Origin: an uncultured Chloroflexia bacterium
GTDB taxonomy: Bacteria > Chloroflexota > Dehalococcoidia > Dehalococcoidales > Fen-1064
Assembly: GCA_963772985.1 (NCBI GenBank)
Contig: CAVYZP010000040.1
Coordinates: 1,410 to 65,409 of the forward strand
DNA length: 64,000 nucleotides
Direction: 5' to 3'
Each line of letters begins with the position of its first letter. Position 1 is the stretch's first letter. The notes beneath the pieces are model-generated. The model was not told the origin of the DNA. It saw only the letters and a list, made by a program, of their open reading frames with translations, and made no database searches. Of this stretch, positions 40,819 through 49,655 are shown piece by piece. A program made the position numbers and the translations under genes.

Positions 40819-43119
40819 TTAGCTCTGGGCAGCCGAAGGGCGGGTTCCGAACCGTTTGCCGGTCATCTTCGGGTTCGTTATCGTGGCTGCTTTCTGGTCT
40901 GTTTTACGCATCTGGCTCTGCCGGCTGATGACCGTGCCGATGGCGGATTTTCTGCCGATTCTGACCATTGCCGGGTCGAAAGTCCGTTCCCACTCTTCGG
41001 GATGATAGAGTAACGCCGTTTTGGCCTTTGCGCCGACCCTGGTTTTCGCCTGAGACAGGGCAGCCTGTTTCTTGTAATTTTCCCAGGCTTCCGGATGATA
41101 GAATACCGGCATCCGGTTGGTCTGCCCATCCCCGAGGGTTCTCATCGTGGTGGCGTTGAGCAGCATTGATTGTTTCAGATAACCGTTCCATCTTTCGGAA
41201 TCGTAGAAAATTCCGGCGCGGGCCGGTTTGGCATCGATTGCTTTTGCTTCCGCCAGGGTTGTCTGTTTCATGAATTTAGCCATTGCTTCGGGGTCATACA
41301 ACAACCCTTTACGGGCGGGTTTTAAACTATCAGAAAACTTGGCATCGGCCTGCGCCATTTGATTGACCATTTTCGACCAGGCTTCAGGGTCATACAACAA
41401 CCCTTTGTGGGCCGGTTCCGTGGTTGCCTGCGCTTTTGCGTTTGCCTGCGCGGCCTTCGCCATTATTTTTGCCTGGGCCTCGGGGTTGTACAACAGCCCT
41501 TCTTTGGCTGTTGCGGAGTCGGATTCTACCAGCACGGCGGTCTGCTGACGGTAATCTGCCCAGGCTTTCTTGTTATAGTAAAGCCCGCTCGGTTCAGTCG
41601 CGGCTTCGGCGAATTCCGGCTGCATTCCACCATTCCGGCCCATATATTCAGACCATTTCGCCTGATTGTAATACAGCCCGGCAGGCTGGGGTGCTAATTT
41701 GTTAACCGCTTTGCTGATTGCAGTACCGAAAGCCGCCACCGGTTTGGTAAACCGCGACCATGCTTCCGGGTGATAATAAAGTCCCTGTCGTGTAGGATAG
41801 TTTACCATGGCCAATTCGCGGGCCAGTTCTTCGTGGACGATGGCGTCCGGGATACCGCCGGGTCGGAGTTTCGGCAGCATTACTCTGACAACCACCATTT
41901 GCAGAACTGCCGACACCAGGAATATCCCCAGTATCTGGCTGCCAAAAACAGGGAAAATATGGGCGAGAAGTAAAATCCCGGCGAGTGTGCCCAGCGCGGC
42001 GGCGAACGTCGTCAGGCTCTTGCAGTACACGATGTAGTGCAGTCTCTGCTCCGGTTTTGTTGACTTGTAAATGAAGGTCTGGCAGGAAAGGTCGAAGGCC
42101 GCCTGTACGATACCGGAGAATAACTGGATGCCGCATAAATACCCGATGTTCCCGGAGAACAGCCACAAAAGCGGCACGAAAGGAACTAAATGAGCGACAA
42201 TGCCTAAAACCCGTAGGCTGCCGGATTTGTCAACCATCTTTCCCCAGAAGGTCATGCTGACGGCGCGCCCGACATATACACAGGAGAAAACCAGAGTGTA
42301 TGTCATGAAAGAAAGTTTCAAATTTTTCAGCATATACACGGCCAGCAGCGGGCCGCTCAAGTTAACTGCAAAACTGAAAAGCGATTGGAACAGGATAAAC
42401 GTCCCCAGGTGTTCTTTCATCGCCCCTTTCAGGAAATTAACAAAGGAAAGGCTATGCGCAGTTTCAGATTTTGGGGTTTGGGCCGGAGCATGGATATTGC
42501 TGTAAAGAAAAGTGCTGGCTATCGAAGCAACAAAGGCGATTCCCAGCACTATCGCAAAACCGCTGAAAATATTGCCTGTCGTTCTGGATAACGTAAAACC
42601 CATGATGTTGTAGGCGACCAGGAAACAAAGCGCGGAGACAACCGAACGGAAGCTCAAATACCGTCCCATTTTCTCGGACGGCACCATGTTGGAAAGCCAG
42701 TTATCGCGCAGCGGACCCAGCAATGTCGCCGGAACCAGCCCGAAAATCCATAATGTGATCAGCAGCAGCGGGTTGATGTTTTTAAAAAACAGGAAGACAA
42801 AAACAATCGGTATCCAGGTGAAGGCATTAACCAGGGCCATGGTTACGATGGTTTTTTTCATCGGGGTCTTCCCTTCCACCAGGGAAGGCACTTTTATCAG
42901 CAGCATCGCCAGCACCAGGTTGGTAAATGCACTTAGCAGCGCGACGCTGGAGGCATCGGCGCCGGTAGCGATAATCGAGGCAGATTGAAAATTACAGCCG
43001 GCGCTCTCCGCATTGACGGCGGCCGCTTCCGCATGGAATAGCCCCAGGCTGTTGTCTGTTTTAGCTGAACCGTTTTTTGTGAATAGCTTCATCACAACTA
43101 AAGGTAGGGAATTAGCCAA
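40819..43119 (-). CDS. MFS-type transporter fused to a C-terminal domain of about 320 aa built from nine G-L-[YL]-Y-x-P-E-A-W repeats
   Basis: 766-aa ORF. Residues approximately 55-415 form 11-12 hydrophobic helices with MFS-like loops (FWGKMVDKSGSLR). Residues 446-714 hold tandem repeats of 29-35 aa. ATG 43092 is an alternative to TTG 43119. Confidence 0.7.
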   Translation of the reverse strand: MANSLPLVVMKLFTKNGSAKTDNSLGLFHAEAAAVNAESAGCNFQSASIIATGADASSVALLSAFTNLVLAMLLIKVPSLVEGKTPMKKTIVTMALVNAFTWIPIVFVFLFFKNINPLLLITLWIFGLVPATLLGPLRDNWLSNMVPSEKMGRYLSFRSVVSALCFLVAYNIMGFTLSRTTGNIFSGFAIVLGIAFVASIASTFLYSNIHAPAQTPKSETAHSLSFVNFLKGAMKEHLGTFILFQSLFSFAVNLSGPLLAVYMLKNLKLSFMTYTLVFSCVYVGRAVSMTFWGKMVDKSGSLRVLGIVAHLVPFVPLLWLFSGNIGYLCGIQLFSGIVQAAFDLSCQTFIYKSTKPEQRLHYIVYCKSLTTFAAALGTLAGILLLAHIFPVFGSQILGIFLVSAVLQMVVVRVMLPKLRPGGIPDAIVHEELARELAMVNYPTRQGLYYHPEAWSRFTKPVAAFGTAISKAVNKLAPQPAGLYYNQAKWSEYMGRNGGMQPEFAEAATEPSGLYYNKKAWADYRQQTAVLVESDSATAKEGLLYNPEAQAKIMAKAAQANAKAQATTEPAHKGLLYDPEAWSKMVNQMAQADAKFSDSLKPARKGLLYDPEAMAKFMKQTTLAEAKAIDAKPARAGIFYDSERWNGYLKQSMLLNATTMRTLGDGQTNRMPVFYHPEAWENYKKQAALSQAKTRVGAKAKTALLYHPEEWERTFDPAMVRIGRKSAIGTVISRQSQMRKTDQKAATITNPKMTGKRFGTRPSAAQS
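40978..41784 (-). repeat. coding tandem repeat (9 units) within the MFS fusion gene
   Basis: Units start GLYYHPEAWSRF, GLYYNQAKWSEY, GLYYNKKAWADY, GLLYNPEAQAKI, GLLYDPEAWSKM, GLLYDPEAMAKF, GIFYDSERWNGY, PVFYHPEAWENY, ALLYHPEEWERT. Confidence 0.8.
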
Positions 43120-43696
43120 AAAACGGACCGGAGGAATATCAGATTGGTTATCTTATCCCGAAAAATAGTAATATTTACCCGGATAAACTAACCACCGTGC
43201 TGAAATTTTATTATCCTCATTAAATGCGGGTTATGGCGCGTAAATTACCTGTCAATAATTCAAAACGTCAATATTCTCGCCTGGCTGCCGACTGAGCGTA
43301 AAAGAGTATTTTTTTAGCGGGTTTGTCTCTAACAGCAACAAACTGTTATCAATTCCATGGTGTCCGGTATTAAACACAACTCTTTAATTTTGGCAGCCTA
43401 AACTTACACCGGTGCGCCACTATTCTTTTTACATCATCAAATATTGTCTATCTCTTCAAGCGGAATTCAGAGAGCTAGACCCGCGAATATTCACTATTTT
43501 ATATGCTCAGAGACAAGCCATTAATCAATTTTTTGACCAACCACTTGCCTCCTTCTAACTATGATTATATCTTCGTTATGACAAATTGCAATACCTTGCA
43601 AGTGAAAAATTTTAGGTGTTTTATTCCACTCGGCTAGCAGGAAATTTTATCCGCATATATCATTCTGATATCAGTCATTAGTGTAGATATTGCCGC

Positions 43697-43732
43697 AATA
43701 AAAAATCCTGCGTGATTTAATCTCTGCGCAGG
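43697..43732 (-). terminator. putative intrinsic terminator ending the nitrogen operon
   Basis: Stem cctgcg (43707-43712) / cgcagg (43727-43732). On the minus strand it is followed by ATTTTTTATT. It lies 28 nt past the nrpR stop. Confidence 0.45.
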
Positions 43733-43759
43733 CTCTTCAACTTAGATATGGAGAATGTT

Positions 43760-44755
43760 TCAAATTTTACGGTAACTGACCAGCCGCTTGAAGTCAATTA
43801 CCCCGCTCTCGCTGTTGTTTTCCACTTCGATGCCGGCTTCGGAGACCGCCGCCAGGGCATTCAGGCCGCCCAGAAATACAATTCCCACCCGGTTCGGCCC
43901 CACCGGTATCTGGCAGATGGATTCGCTTGTGTTCCCCAGCCGGTAGACCCCGCCGATTCCGGCCTCTTTCATCTCGGCCATTTTTTCGCTAACGATGGCT
44001 CTGGACGGCGCGGGTATTTCCCGGAAATTCGCCAGTATCCGGCCTTTTCCGGTCTTCGCCGCTTCCCTTACGCTTGTCATTCTGGCACGGATATATTGTT
44101 CCGAGGGGTCTAATGAAGTGCCTTCATAGTAAATAATCGCCACGAAACGTTCCTGTTTCGGGGATCTTAATTCTAAAACTCCGCCGAATTTAGAAGAAAT
44201 CGGCACCCCGGATTTGGATAAGACGCCGTTCACGACCACGCTGCAGATTGTGCCGATGCCCACTTTCCCTTCCGGCACGATGACCGAACCGAGTTTCTCG
44301 CCCGGCTGTGCCACGGCAATGAGCTCGCTGACGCAAAAACCGGCCTGATAAGCTTCATCGATTATCGCCAGTGCTTTCTTTAGTTTATCTTTCGCAATCA
44401 GCGAAGTGTTTATCGGCACCAGACCGAGGCGGGTTTTGGGGTTGAAGGTAGTCTGAAAGGCCAGCGTTTCCAGCTTCTCCAGCACAAACCCGACATGTTC
44501 CGGCGCTAACGCGATTTTTAGCTCTTCCAATCCTTGCGCGGTCAGCATTCGCCCGTCCCGCCCGAACGGCTGTGTATGCCCGCGTTCATCGGTAATTTGG
44601 AGGTGATAGCGCACCGCCCTCTGGCTTAAGGAGATGCCGTGCCGTTCCAGTTCCCGCGCGATGGTAATCGAGCCTAACGGTTCGGATGATTCGTTGAGAA
44701 CTTTGAGAATAGCAATTATTTTATGTTCGGTTTCGGAAGCAGGCCCTTGTACCAT
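43760..44755 (-). CDS. nrpR: NrpR-type nitrogen regulatory protein (winged HTH + one DUF128/NRD domain)
   Basis: 331 aa. N-terminal ...ILKVLNESSEPLGSITIARELERHGISLSQRAVRYHLQITDERG... resembles the NrpR wHTH. The C-terminal part has ...VFLGGLNALAAVSEAGIEVE. It is the last gene of the amtB-glnK-glnA-nadE string. Confidence 0.65.
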   Translation of the reverse strand: MVQGPASETEHKIIAILKVLNESSEPLGSITIARELERHGISLSQRAVRYHLQITDERGHTQPFGRDGRMLTAQGLEELKIALAPEHVGFVLEKLETLAFQTTFNPKTRLGLVPINTSLIAKDKLKKALAIIDEAYQAGFCVSELIAVAQPGEKLGSVIVPEGKVGIGTICSVVVNGVLSKSGVPISSKFGGVLELRSPKQERFVAIIYYEGTSLDPSEQYIRARMTSVREAAKTGKGRILANFREIPAPSRAIVSEKMAEMKEAGIGGVYRLGNTSESICQIPVGPNRVGIVFLGGLNALAAVSEAGIEVENNSESGVIDFKRLVSYRKI

Positions 44756-44804
44756 AGTGAATTTTAACCCCTAATGCGGATGATAAATTGGTTCTGATGA
44801 TATC

Positions 44805-46541
44805 TTACCATTCTTTGAAAAGACTGGTCAGCGGCAAACGCCGGTCCCTCCCGAAAGCTCGGCTGGTGATTTTCACGCCGGGCGGCGCCTGCCGCCGTTT
44901 GTATTCGCTGCGGTCAACTAATTTCGCCGCTTTCTGCACAATAGCTTTATCAAATCCCAGCGCCACAATCTGGTCTACCGATTTATCGTCTTCCACATAC
45001 GCTGTCAGAATTGCGTCCAGAATTTCATATACAGGTAAACTGTCAGAATCTTTCTGCTCCGGTCTCAATTCCGCGGACGGCGGCTTCTCGATAATCGCCG
45101 CCGGTATCAGGTCAAAACCGGCCAGCGCGTTGCGGTATTTGGTTATTTTATAAACCAGTGTTTTGGGAACATCTTTAATCACGGCAAAACCGCCGGCCAT
45201 ATCGCCGTAAAGCGTGGTATATCCGGTGGCCATTTCACTTTTGTTGCCGGTGGTCAGCACCAGCCAGCCGAATTTATTGGAAAGTGCCATTAATAAATTA
45301 CCCCGGACACGTGCCTGCAGGTTTTCTTCCGCAATGTCCGGTTTTACCCCGGCGAACGATTCGGCTAGTGTGTCCAGATATGCCTGGAACGGCTTTTCAA
45401 TCGGGATGGTTTTCAGCGTAATCCCTAAATTCTGCGTCAGTTTCTGGGTATCAGTCACGCTGCCGGTGGAAGAATACCGGGATGGCATTGAGATTCCGAT
45501 AACGTTGTCTTTGCCTAAGGCGTCCACTGCGATGGTGGCGACAATGGCGGAATCAACCCCGCCGGAAAGGCCGATAACCACTTTCTGGAAGCCGTTTTTA
45601 TGAATGTAATCTCTCGTGCCCAAAACCAGGGCTTGATATACTTCGGCCGCCGGGTCCAGCGCCGTGATATGGCGCGGTTTGAGCGGCGGTTTGGGTCCGT
45701 TCGACGGAGTTTGAGAGACAATCGTTTTAGTCTGCTGCCAGCCGGTTTTCCCGATTAACGGCGATTCTTTCCGCCACCGCGGGTCGTGGAGTCGTGCCCT
45801 GAAAACGGCCTCGATATCGAGGTCCGCGACAATAAAATCTTCTTCAAATTGCTTGCCGCGGGTAATCATGTTCCCGCGTTCGTCAATCAGCAGGCTGTGG
45901 CCGTCGAAAACCAGTTCATCCTGTCCGCCCACCAGGTTGTTATAAGCAAAAATCGCGACGTTATCCGTGGCGCGGGTGGCAATCATTTTTTCCCGTGATT
46001 CGCCTTTGCCCGCATGATATGGAGAAGCGCTGATATTAATGATAACCTCGGCGCCGGCATATGCCTGTACGGTGGCCGGCCCGGCTTCATACCAGATATC
46101 TTCACAGATATTGATACCGATGCCGATGCCGTTGATCACGTAAACGGGACATTCGCTGCCGGCGCGGAAATAGCGGTTTTCATCGAAAACGCCATAGTTC
46201 GGCAGGTACATTTTGTGGTAATTTCCCACCAGTTTGCCGTCGGAAATCAGCGCCGCTGCATTATAAATATCGCCGTCGGAATCAACATAGCCGACGACGA
46301 CGGTAATGCCTTGAGAAGCTTCGACAATTTTCTGGAGTGATTGCAGATTAGCCTGGATAAATTGAGGCTTGAACAGCAAGTCTTCCGGTGGATATCCGCA
46401 AACAGCTAATTCCGGGAGCGTGACAATATCCGCTTTTAAATTACGGGCAGTATCAATCGCTCCCAGAATTTTCTTTACGTTGCCGTCAAAATCACCAACT
46501 GTGGTGTTAATCTGCGCCATCGCAATCCTCAGGCGGCGCAT
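44805..46541 (-). CDS. nadE: glutamine-dependent NAD+ synthetase
   Basis: 578 aa. N-terminal CN-hydrolase domain (…LPELAVCGYPPEDL…ICEDIW…) plus a C-terminal synthetase with the SGGVDS PP-loop. Confidence 0.9.
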   Translation of the reverse strand: MRRLRIAMAQINTTVGDFDGNVKKILGAIDTARNLKADIVTLPELAVCGYPPEDLLFKPQFIQANLQSLQKIVEASQGITVVVGYVDSDGDIYNAAALISDGKLVGNYHKMYLPNYGVFDENRYFRAGSECPVYVINGIGIGINICEDIWYEAGPATVQAYAGAEVIINISASPYHAGKGESREKMIATRATDNVAIFAYNNLVGGQDELVFDGHSLLIDERGNMITRGKQFEEDFIVADLDIEAVFRARLHDPRWRKESPLIGKTGWQQTKTIVSQTPSNGPKPPLKPRHITALDPAAEVYQALVLGTRDYIHKNGFQKVVIGLSGGVDSAIVATIAVDALGKDNVIGISMPSRYSSTGSVTDTQKLTQNLGITLKTIPIEKPFQAYLDTLAESFAGVKPDIAEENLQARVRGNLLMALSNKFGWLVLTTGNKSEMATGYTTLYGDMAGGFAVIKDVPKTLVYKITKYRNALAGFDLIPAAIIEKPPSAELRPEQKDSDSLPVYEILDAILTAYVEDDKSVDQIVALGFDKAIVQKAAKLVDRSEYKRRQAPPGVKITSRAFGRDRRLPLTSLFKEW

Positions 46542-46592
46542 TTTTCACCTCCAATTTAGAAAAAGCTGGTAATTTATTATAGCACAGCGATT

Positions 46593-47939
46593 TTAAAGCA
46601 TCGGCAAATAACGGTCGAGCTCGTATTTGGAAACGTGGATCCGGTATTGGTTCCACTCGATCTTTTTATTTTCGATGAAAGCGTTGAAAACATGTTCGCC
46701 CAGCGCTTCTTTCACCAGTTTGCTCTTTTCGGTCAGCGCGATCGCATCTTCCAGACTGGCCGGTAAAGTGCCGATACCACGCGCTTCGCGTTCTTTGGGC
46801 GTCATTTCATATACATTTTCTTCAATCGGTTCCGGCGGTTCCAGTCCTTCTTCAATGCCTTTCAATCCGGCGGCTAGCATCACGCTGAAGCACAGGTACG
46901 GGTTGCAGGCGGGGTCCGGTGAGCGTAATTCAATCCTGGTGGCCTTTTCTTTACCCGGCCGGTATTCCGGCACCCGGATCATATCCGAGCGGTTGCGTTT
47001 CGCCCACGACAGATAAACCGGCGCTTCGTAACCGGGAACGAGGCGCTTGTAGGAGTTAATCCACTGGTTGTTGACCGCAGTGATTTCCGGCGCGTATTTT
47101 AACAAACCGGCAACATAATTCCGGGCCAGTTTGGACAGGAAATATTTGCCTTTAGGGTCGAAAAAGGCGTTCCGGTCGCCCTTAAATAGTGACTGGTGCA
47201 CATGCATGCCGCTGCCATTGATGCCGAAGACCGGTTTGGGCATAAAGCTGGCATAAACGCCGGCATTCATTGCAATCTGTTTAACCACCAGTCTGTAGGT
47301 CATAACGTTATCTGCCATCGTCAGCGCATCCGTGTAGCGCATGTCGATTTCATGCTGACTGGGCGCCACTTCATGATGTGAATATTCGATGCCGATACCC
47401 ATTTTTTCCAGGGTGATAACCGTATTGCGCCGCAGGTCGGTGGCGGCATCCAGCGGTGTCATATCGAAATATCCGCCGGGGTCTAGCGTCTCGGTCCCTT
47501 TGGAATCTTTGAAATAGAAGAACTCCAGTTCCGGGCCGACATAGAAAGTAAAGCCTAAATCGGCAGCTTTTTTCAGGTTTCTCTTCAATACATACCGCGG
47601 GTCGCCTTCAAACGGCTGTCCGCCCGGTTTTAAAATGTCGCAGAACATGCGGGCGACGGCGTTGTGTTCCAGTGGCCGCCACGGCAGAATCTGGAAGGTG
47701 TCCGGGTCAGGTTTGGCTACCATATCGCTTTCATCAATCCGCGCGAACCCCTCGATTGATGAACCGTCGAATCCCATGCCTTCTTCCAGCGCCCCTTCCA
47801 GTTCGTCGATTGAAATGGCAAAGCTTTTCAACATCCCGAGGATGTCGGTAAACCACAGACGGATAAATCTGACATCATTCTCTTTCGCCATCTTGAGAAC
47901 ATATTCTTTGCTCTCTGTTTTCTGATCTTTCTTTGGCAT
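46593..47939 (-). CDS. glnA: glutamine synthetase type I
   Basis: 448 aa. …FDGSSIEGF…, …HHEVAPSQHEI…, …NGSGMHVHQSL…. Confidence 0.92.
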   Translation of the reverse strand: MPKKDQKTESKEYVLKMAKENDVRFIRLWFTDILGMLKSFAISIDELEGALEEGMGFDGSSIEGFARIDESDMVAKPDPDTFQILPWRPLEHNAVARMFCDILKPGGQPFEGDPRYVLKRNLKKAADLGFTFYVGPELEFFYFKDSKGTETLDPGGYFDMTPLDAATDLRRNTVITLEKMGIGIEYSHHEVAPSQHEIDMRYTDALTMADNVMTYRLVVKQIAMNAGVYASFMPKPVFGINGSGMHVHQSLFKGDRNAFFDPKGKYFLSKLARNYVAGLLKYAPEITAVNNQWINSYKRLVPGYEAPVYLSWAKRNRSDMIRVPEYRPGKEKATRIELRSPDPACNPYLCFSVMLAAGLKGIEEGLEPPEPIEENVYEMTPKEREARGIGTLPASLEDAIALTEKSKLVKEALGEHVFNAFIENKKIEWNQYRIHVSKYELDRYLPML

Positions 47940-47975
47940 GGCAGTGTAACCTCCCTTATTTTTCTTATTCTAACC

Positions 47976-48314
47976 CTAAACGGCGTTATTTCCGGAGTCA
48001 CCCGTCCTGATGCGGACGGCATCCTCAATCGGGATGATAAATATTTTACCATCTCCGATGTCTCCGGTTCTCGCCCCCCTGATTATAGCATTTATTGCAC
48101 CGGGTACATCCTCGTCCATGACGACCACTTCCACCTTCAGTTTAGGCAGAAATTCCAGCCGGTATTCCTTGGCGCCCCATTTCAGGGGGACGCCTTTTTG
48201 CCGGCCGCGGCCGCTCACTTCCGTCAGTGTCATCCCGAAATAGCCGATTTCTTCCAGATGTTTCTTGACGGCTTCCAGTCTTTCTTCCCGGATGATTGCT
48301 TCAATTTTTTTCAT
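47976..48314 (-). CDS. glnK: P-II family nitrogen regulator (amtB-linked, GlnK-like)
   Basis: 112 aa. MKKIEAIIREERL..., T-loop GRGRQKGV...YRLEFLPK. The start overlaps the amtB stop (ATGA). Confidence 0.92.
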   Translation of the reverse strand: MKKIEAIIREERLEAVKKHLEEIGYFGMTLTEVSGRGRQKGVPLKWGAKEYRLEFLPKLKVEVVVMDEDVPGAINAIIRGARTGDIGDGKIFIIPIEDAVRIRTGDSGNNAV

Positions 48315-49546
48315 CTTAAATTACCTCCATAGGCTCTTTCTCCGTGTTGTGAAATGTCCAAGCCTACAGATTCTTCAGCCGCGGAGACTCTCAGACCGAT
48401 TACTTTATCCACGAACTTGCCGATTATCCAGGTCATGCCGAAGGCGAAAACCCAGACGGCTACCACGCCGATGAGTTGAATTAATACCTGTTTCGGGTTG
48501 CCGTAAATCAAGCCCTGTTTCCCGGCGGCATTTACGGCGGTAGTGCAAAAAATACCGGTGGCAATCGCGCCCCAGGTGCCGCCCATGCCGTGTACAGCCC
48601 AGACATCTAGGGACTCATCAATATTGGTTTTAGACCGGAAAATCATCATGTGATAGCATAGCAATGCCACGCCGGCCCCGATCGGGATTGCCATAATCGG
48701 CTGGATAAAACCGGCCGCCGGGGTGATGGCGACCAGACCTGCTACTGCGCCGGTAACGACGCCGAGCAGCGACGGTCTGCGGTAAATCCAGCTCAGTATC
48801 ATCCAGACTAACGCCGCGGTAGCGGCAGAAAGGTTTGTTGCCACGAAAGCGCTGGTAGCCAAACCGCCGGAGGACAGTGCGCTGCCGGCATTAAAACCGA
48901 ACCAGCCGAACCACAGGATACCGGCGCCCAGCGCCACCATCGGGATATTGCCCGGTTCCATCGGTTCTTTCTCTTTGAAACCTTTACGGGGACCCAGCAG
49001 GACCGCCAGAGATAGTGCCGAGACTCCGGCTGCGATGTGCACCACCGTCCCGCCGGCGAAATCCAGCGCACCTAATTTATTCAGCCAGCCACCCGCGCCC
49101 CAGACCCAGTGCGCCACCGGCAGGTAAACAATGGTAAACCAGATAATTGAAAATAACATCAGGGCGCTGAATTTAATCCGTTCCACGACTGCCCCGGTAA
49201 TCAGCGCCACTGTTATTACCGCGAACATCCCCTGAAAGGCCATAAAAGCTAATTGCGGAATCGTAGATGCATAGGTTGAGGAAGGCGTTTGCCCCACGCC
49301 GATCAGGCCGAAGAAATTCAGGCCGCCGATGAGGCCCGCTTTATCCGGACCGAAGGCCAGGGTATAACCGTAAACCACCCATAATACCCCAATCAACCCT
49401 AAACAGAAAAAACTCATCATGATGGTGGACAGGAAGTTCTTTCTCCTCACCAGCCCGCCATAGAAGAATGCCAGTCCAACGGTCATGAACAGTACCAATG
49501 CCGATGAGACTAACATCCACGCAGTATCTGCGGCGTTAATAGACAT
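48311..49546 (-). CDS. amtB: ammonium transporter
   Basis: 411-aa Amt family (…DFAGGTVVHI…, …WFGWFGFNAGS…, …VHGMGGTWGA…). Confidence 0.92.
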   Translation of the reverse strand: MSINAADTAWMLVSSALVLFMTVGLAFFYGGLVRRKNFLSTIMMSFFCLGLIGVLWVVYGYTLAFGPDKAGLIGGLNFFGLIGVGQTPSSTYASTIPQLAFMAFQGMFAVITVALITGAVVERIKFSALMLFSIIWFTIVYLPVAHWVWGAGGWLNKLGALDFAGGTVVHIAAGVSALSLAVLLGPRKGFKEKEPMEPGNIPMVALGAGILWFGWFGFNAGSALSSGGLATSAFVATNLSAATAALVWMILSWIYRRPSLLGVVTGAVAGLVAITPAAGFIQPIMAIPIGAGVALLCYHMMIFRSKTNIDESLDVWAVHGMGGTWGAIATGIFCTTAVNAAGKQGLIYGNPKQVLIQLIGVVAVWVFAFGMTWIIGKFVDKVIGLRVSAAEESVGLDISQHGERAYGGNLR

Positions 49547-49601
49547 GTATTCTCCTTCTAACTATTAGATGTCTCTACTTTACAGACCTTTTGTTACAAG
49601 G

Positions 49602-49632
49602 ATGTTTCGTCTATATTAAATTTATGTTTCGT
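49602..49632. promoter_or_regulatory. direct repeat ATGTTTCGT x2 (22-bp register) upstream of amtB; candidate regulator binding site
   Basis: ATGTTTCGT at 49602-49610 and 49624-49632, in the 109-nt gap between the atypical OmpR-type regulator gene and amtB. Confidence 0.35.
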
Positions 49633-49655
49633 GAGGGGATTTTTGTGAAGCAGTC

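Noticed and set aside
40878-42166. Multiple overlapping ORFs on both strands within the MFS repeat region
   Set aside because: All are nested in the single long 766-aa frame. They are Arg/Gly/Pro-rich shadow translations of the repeat-coding DNA.
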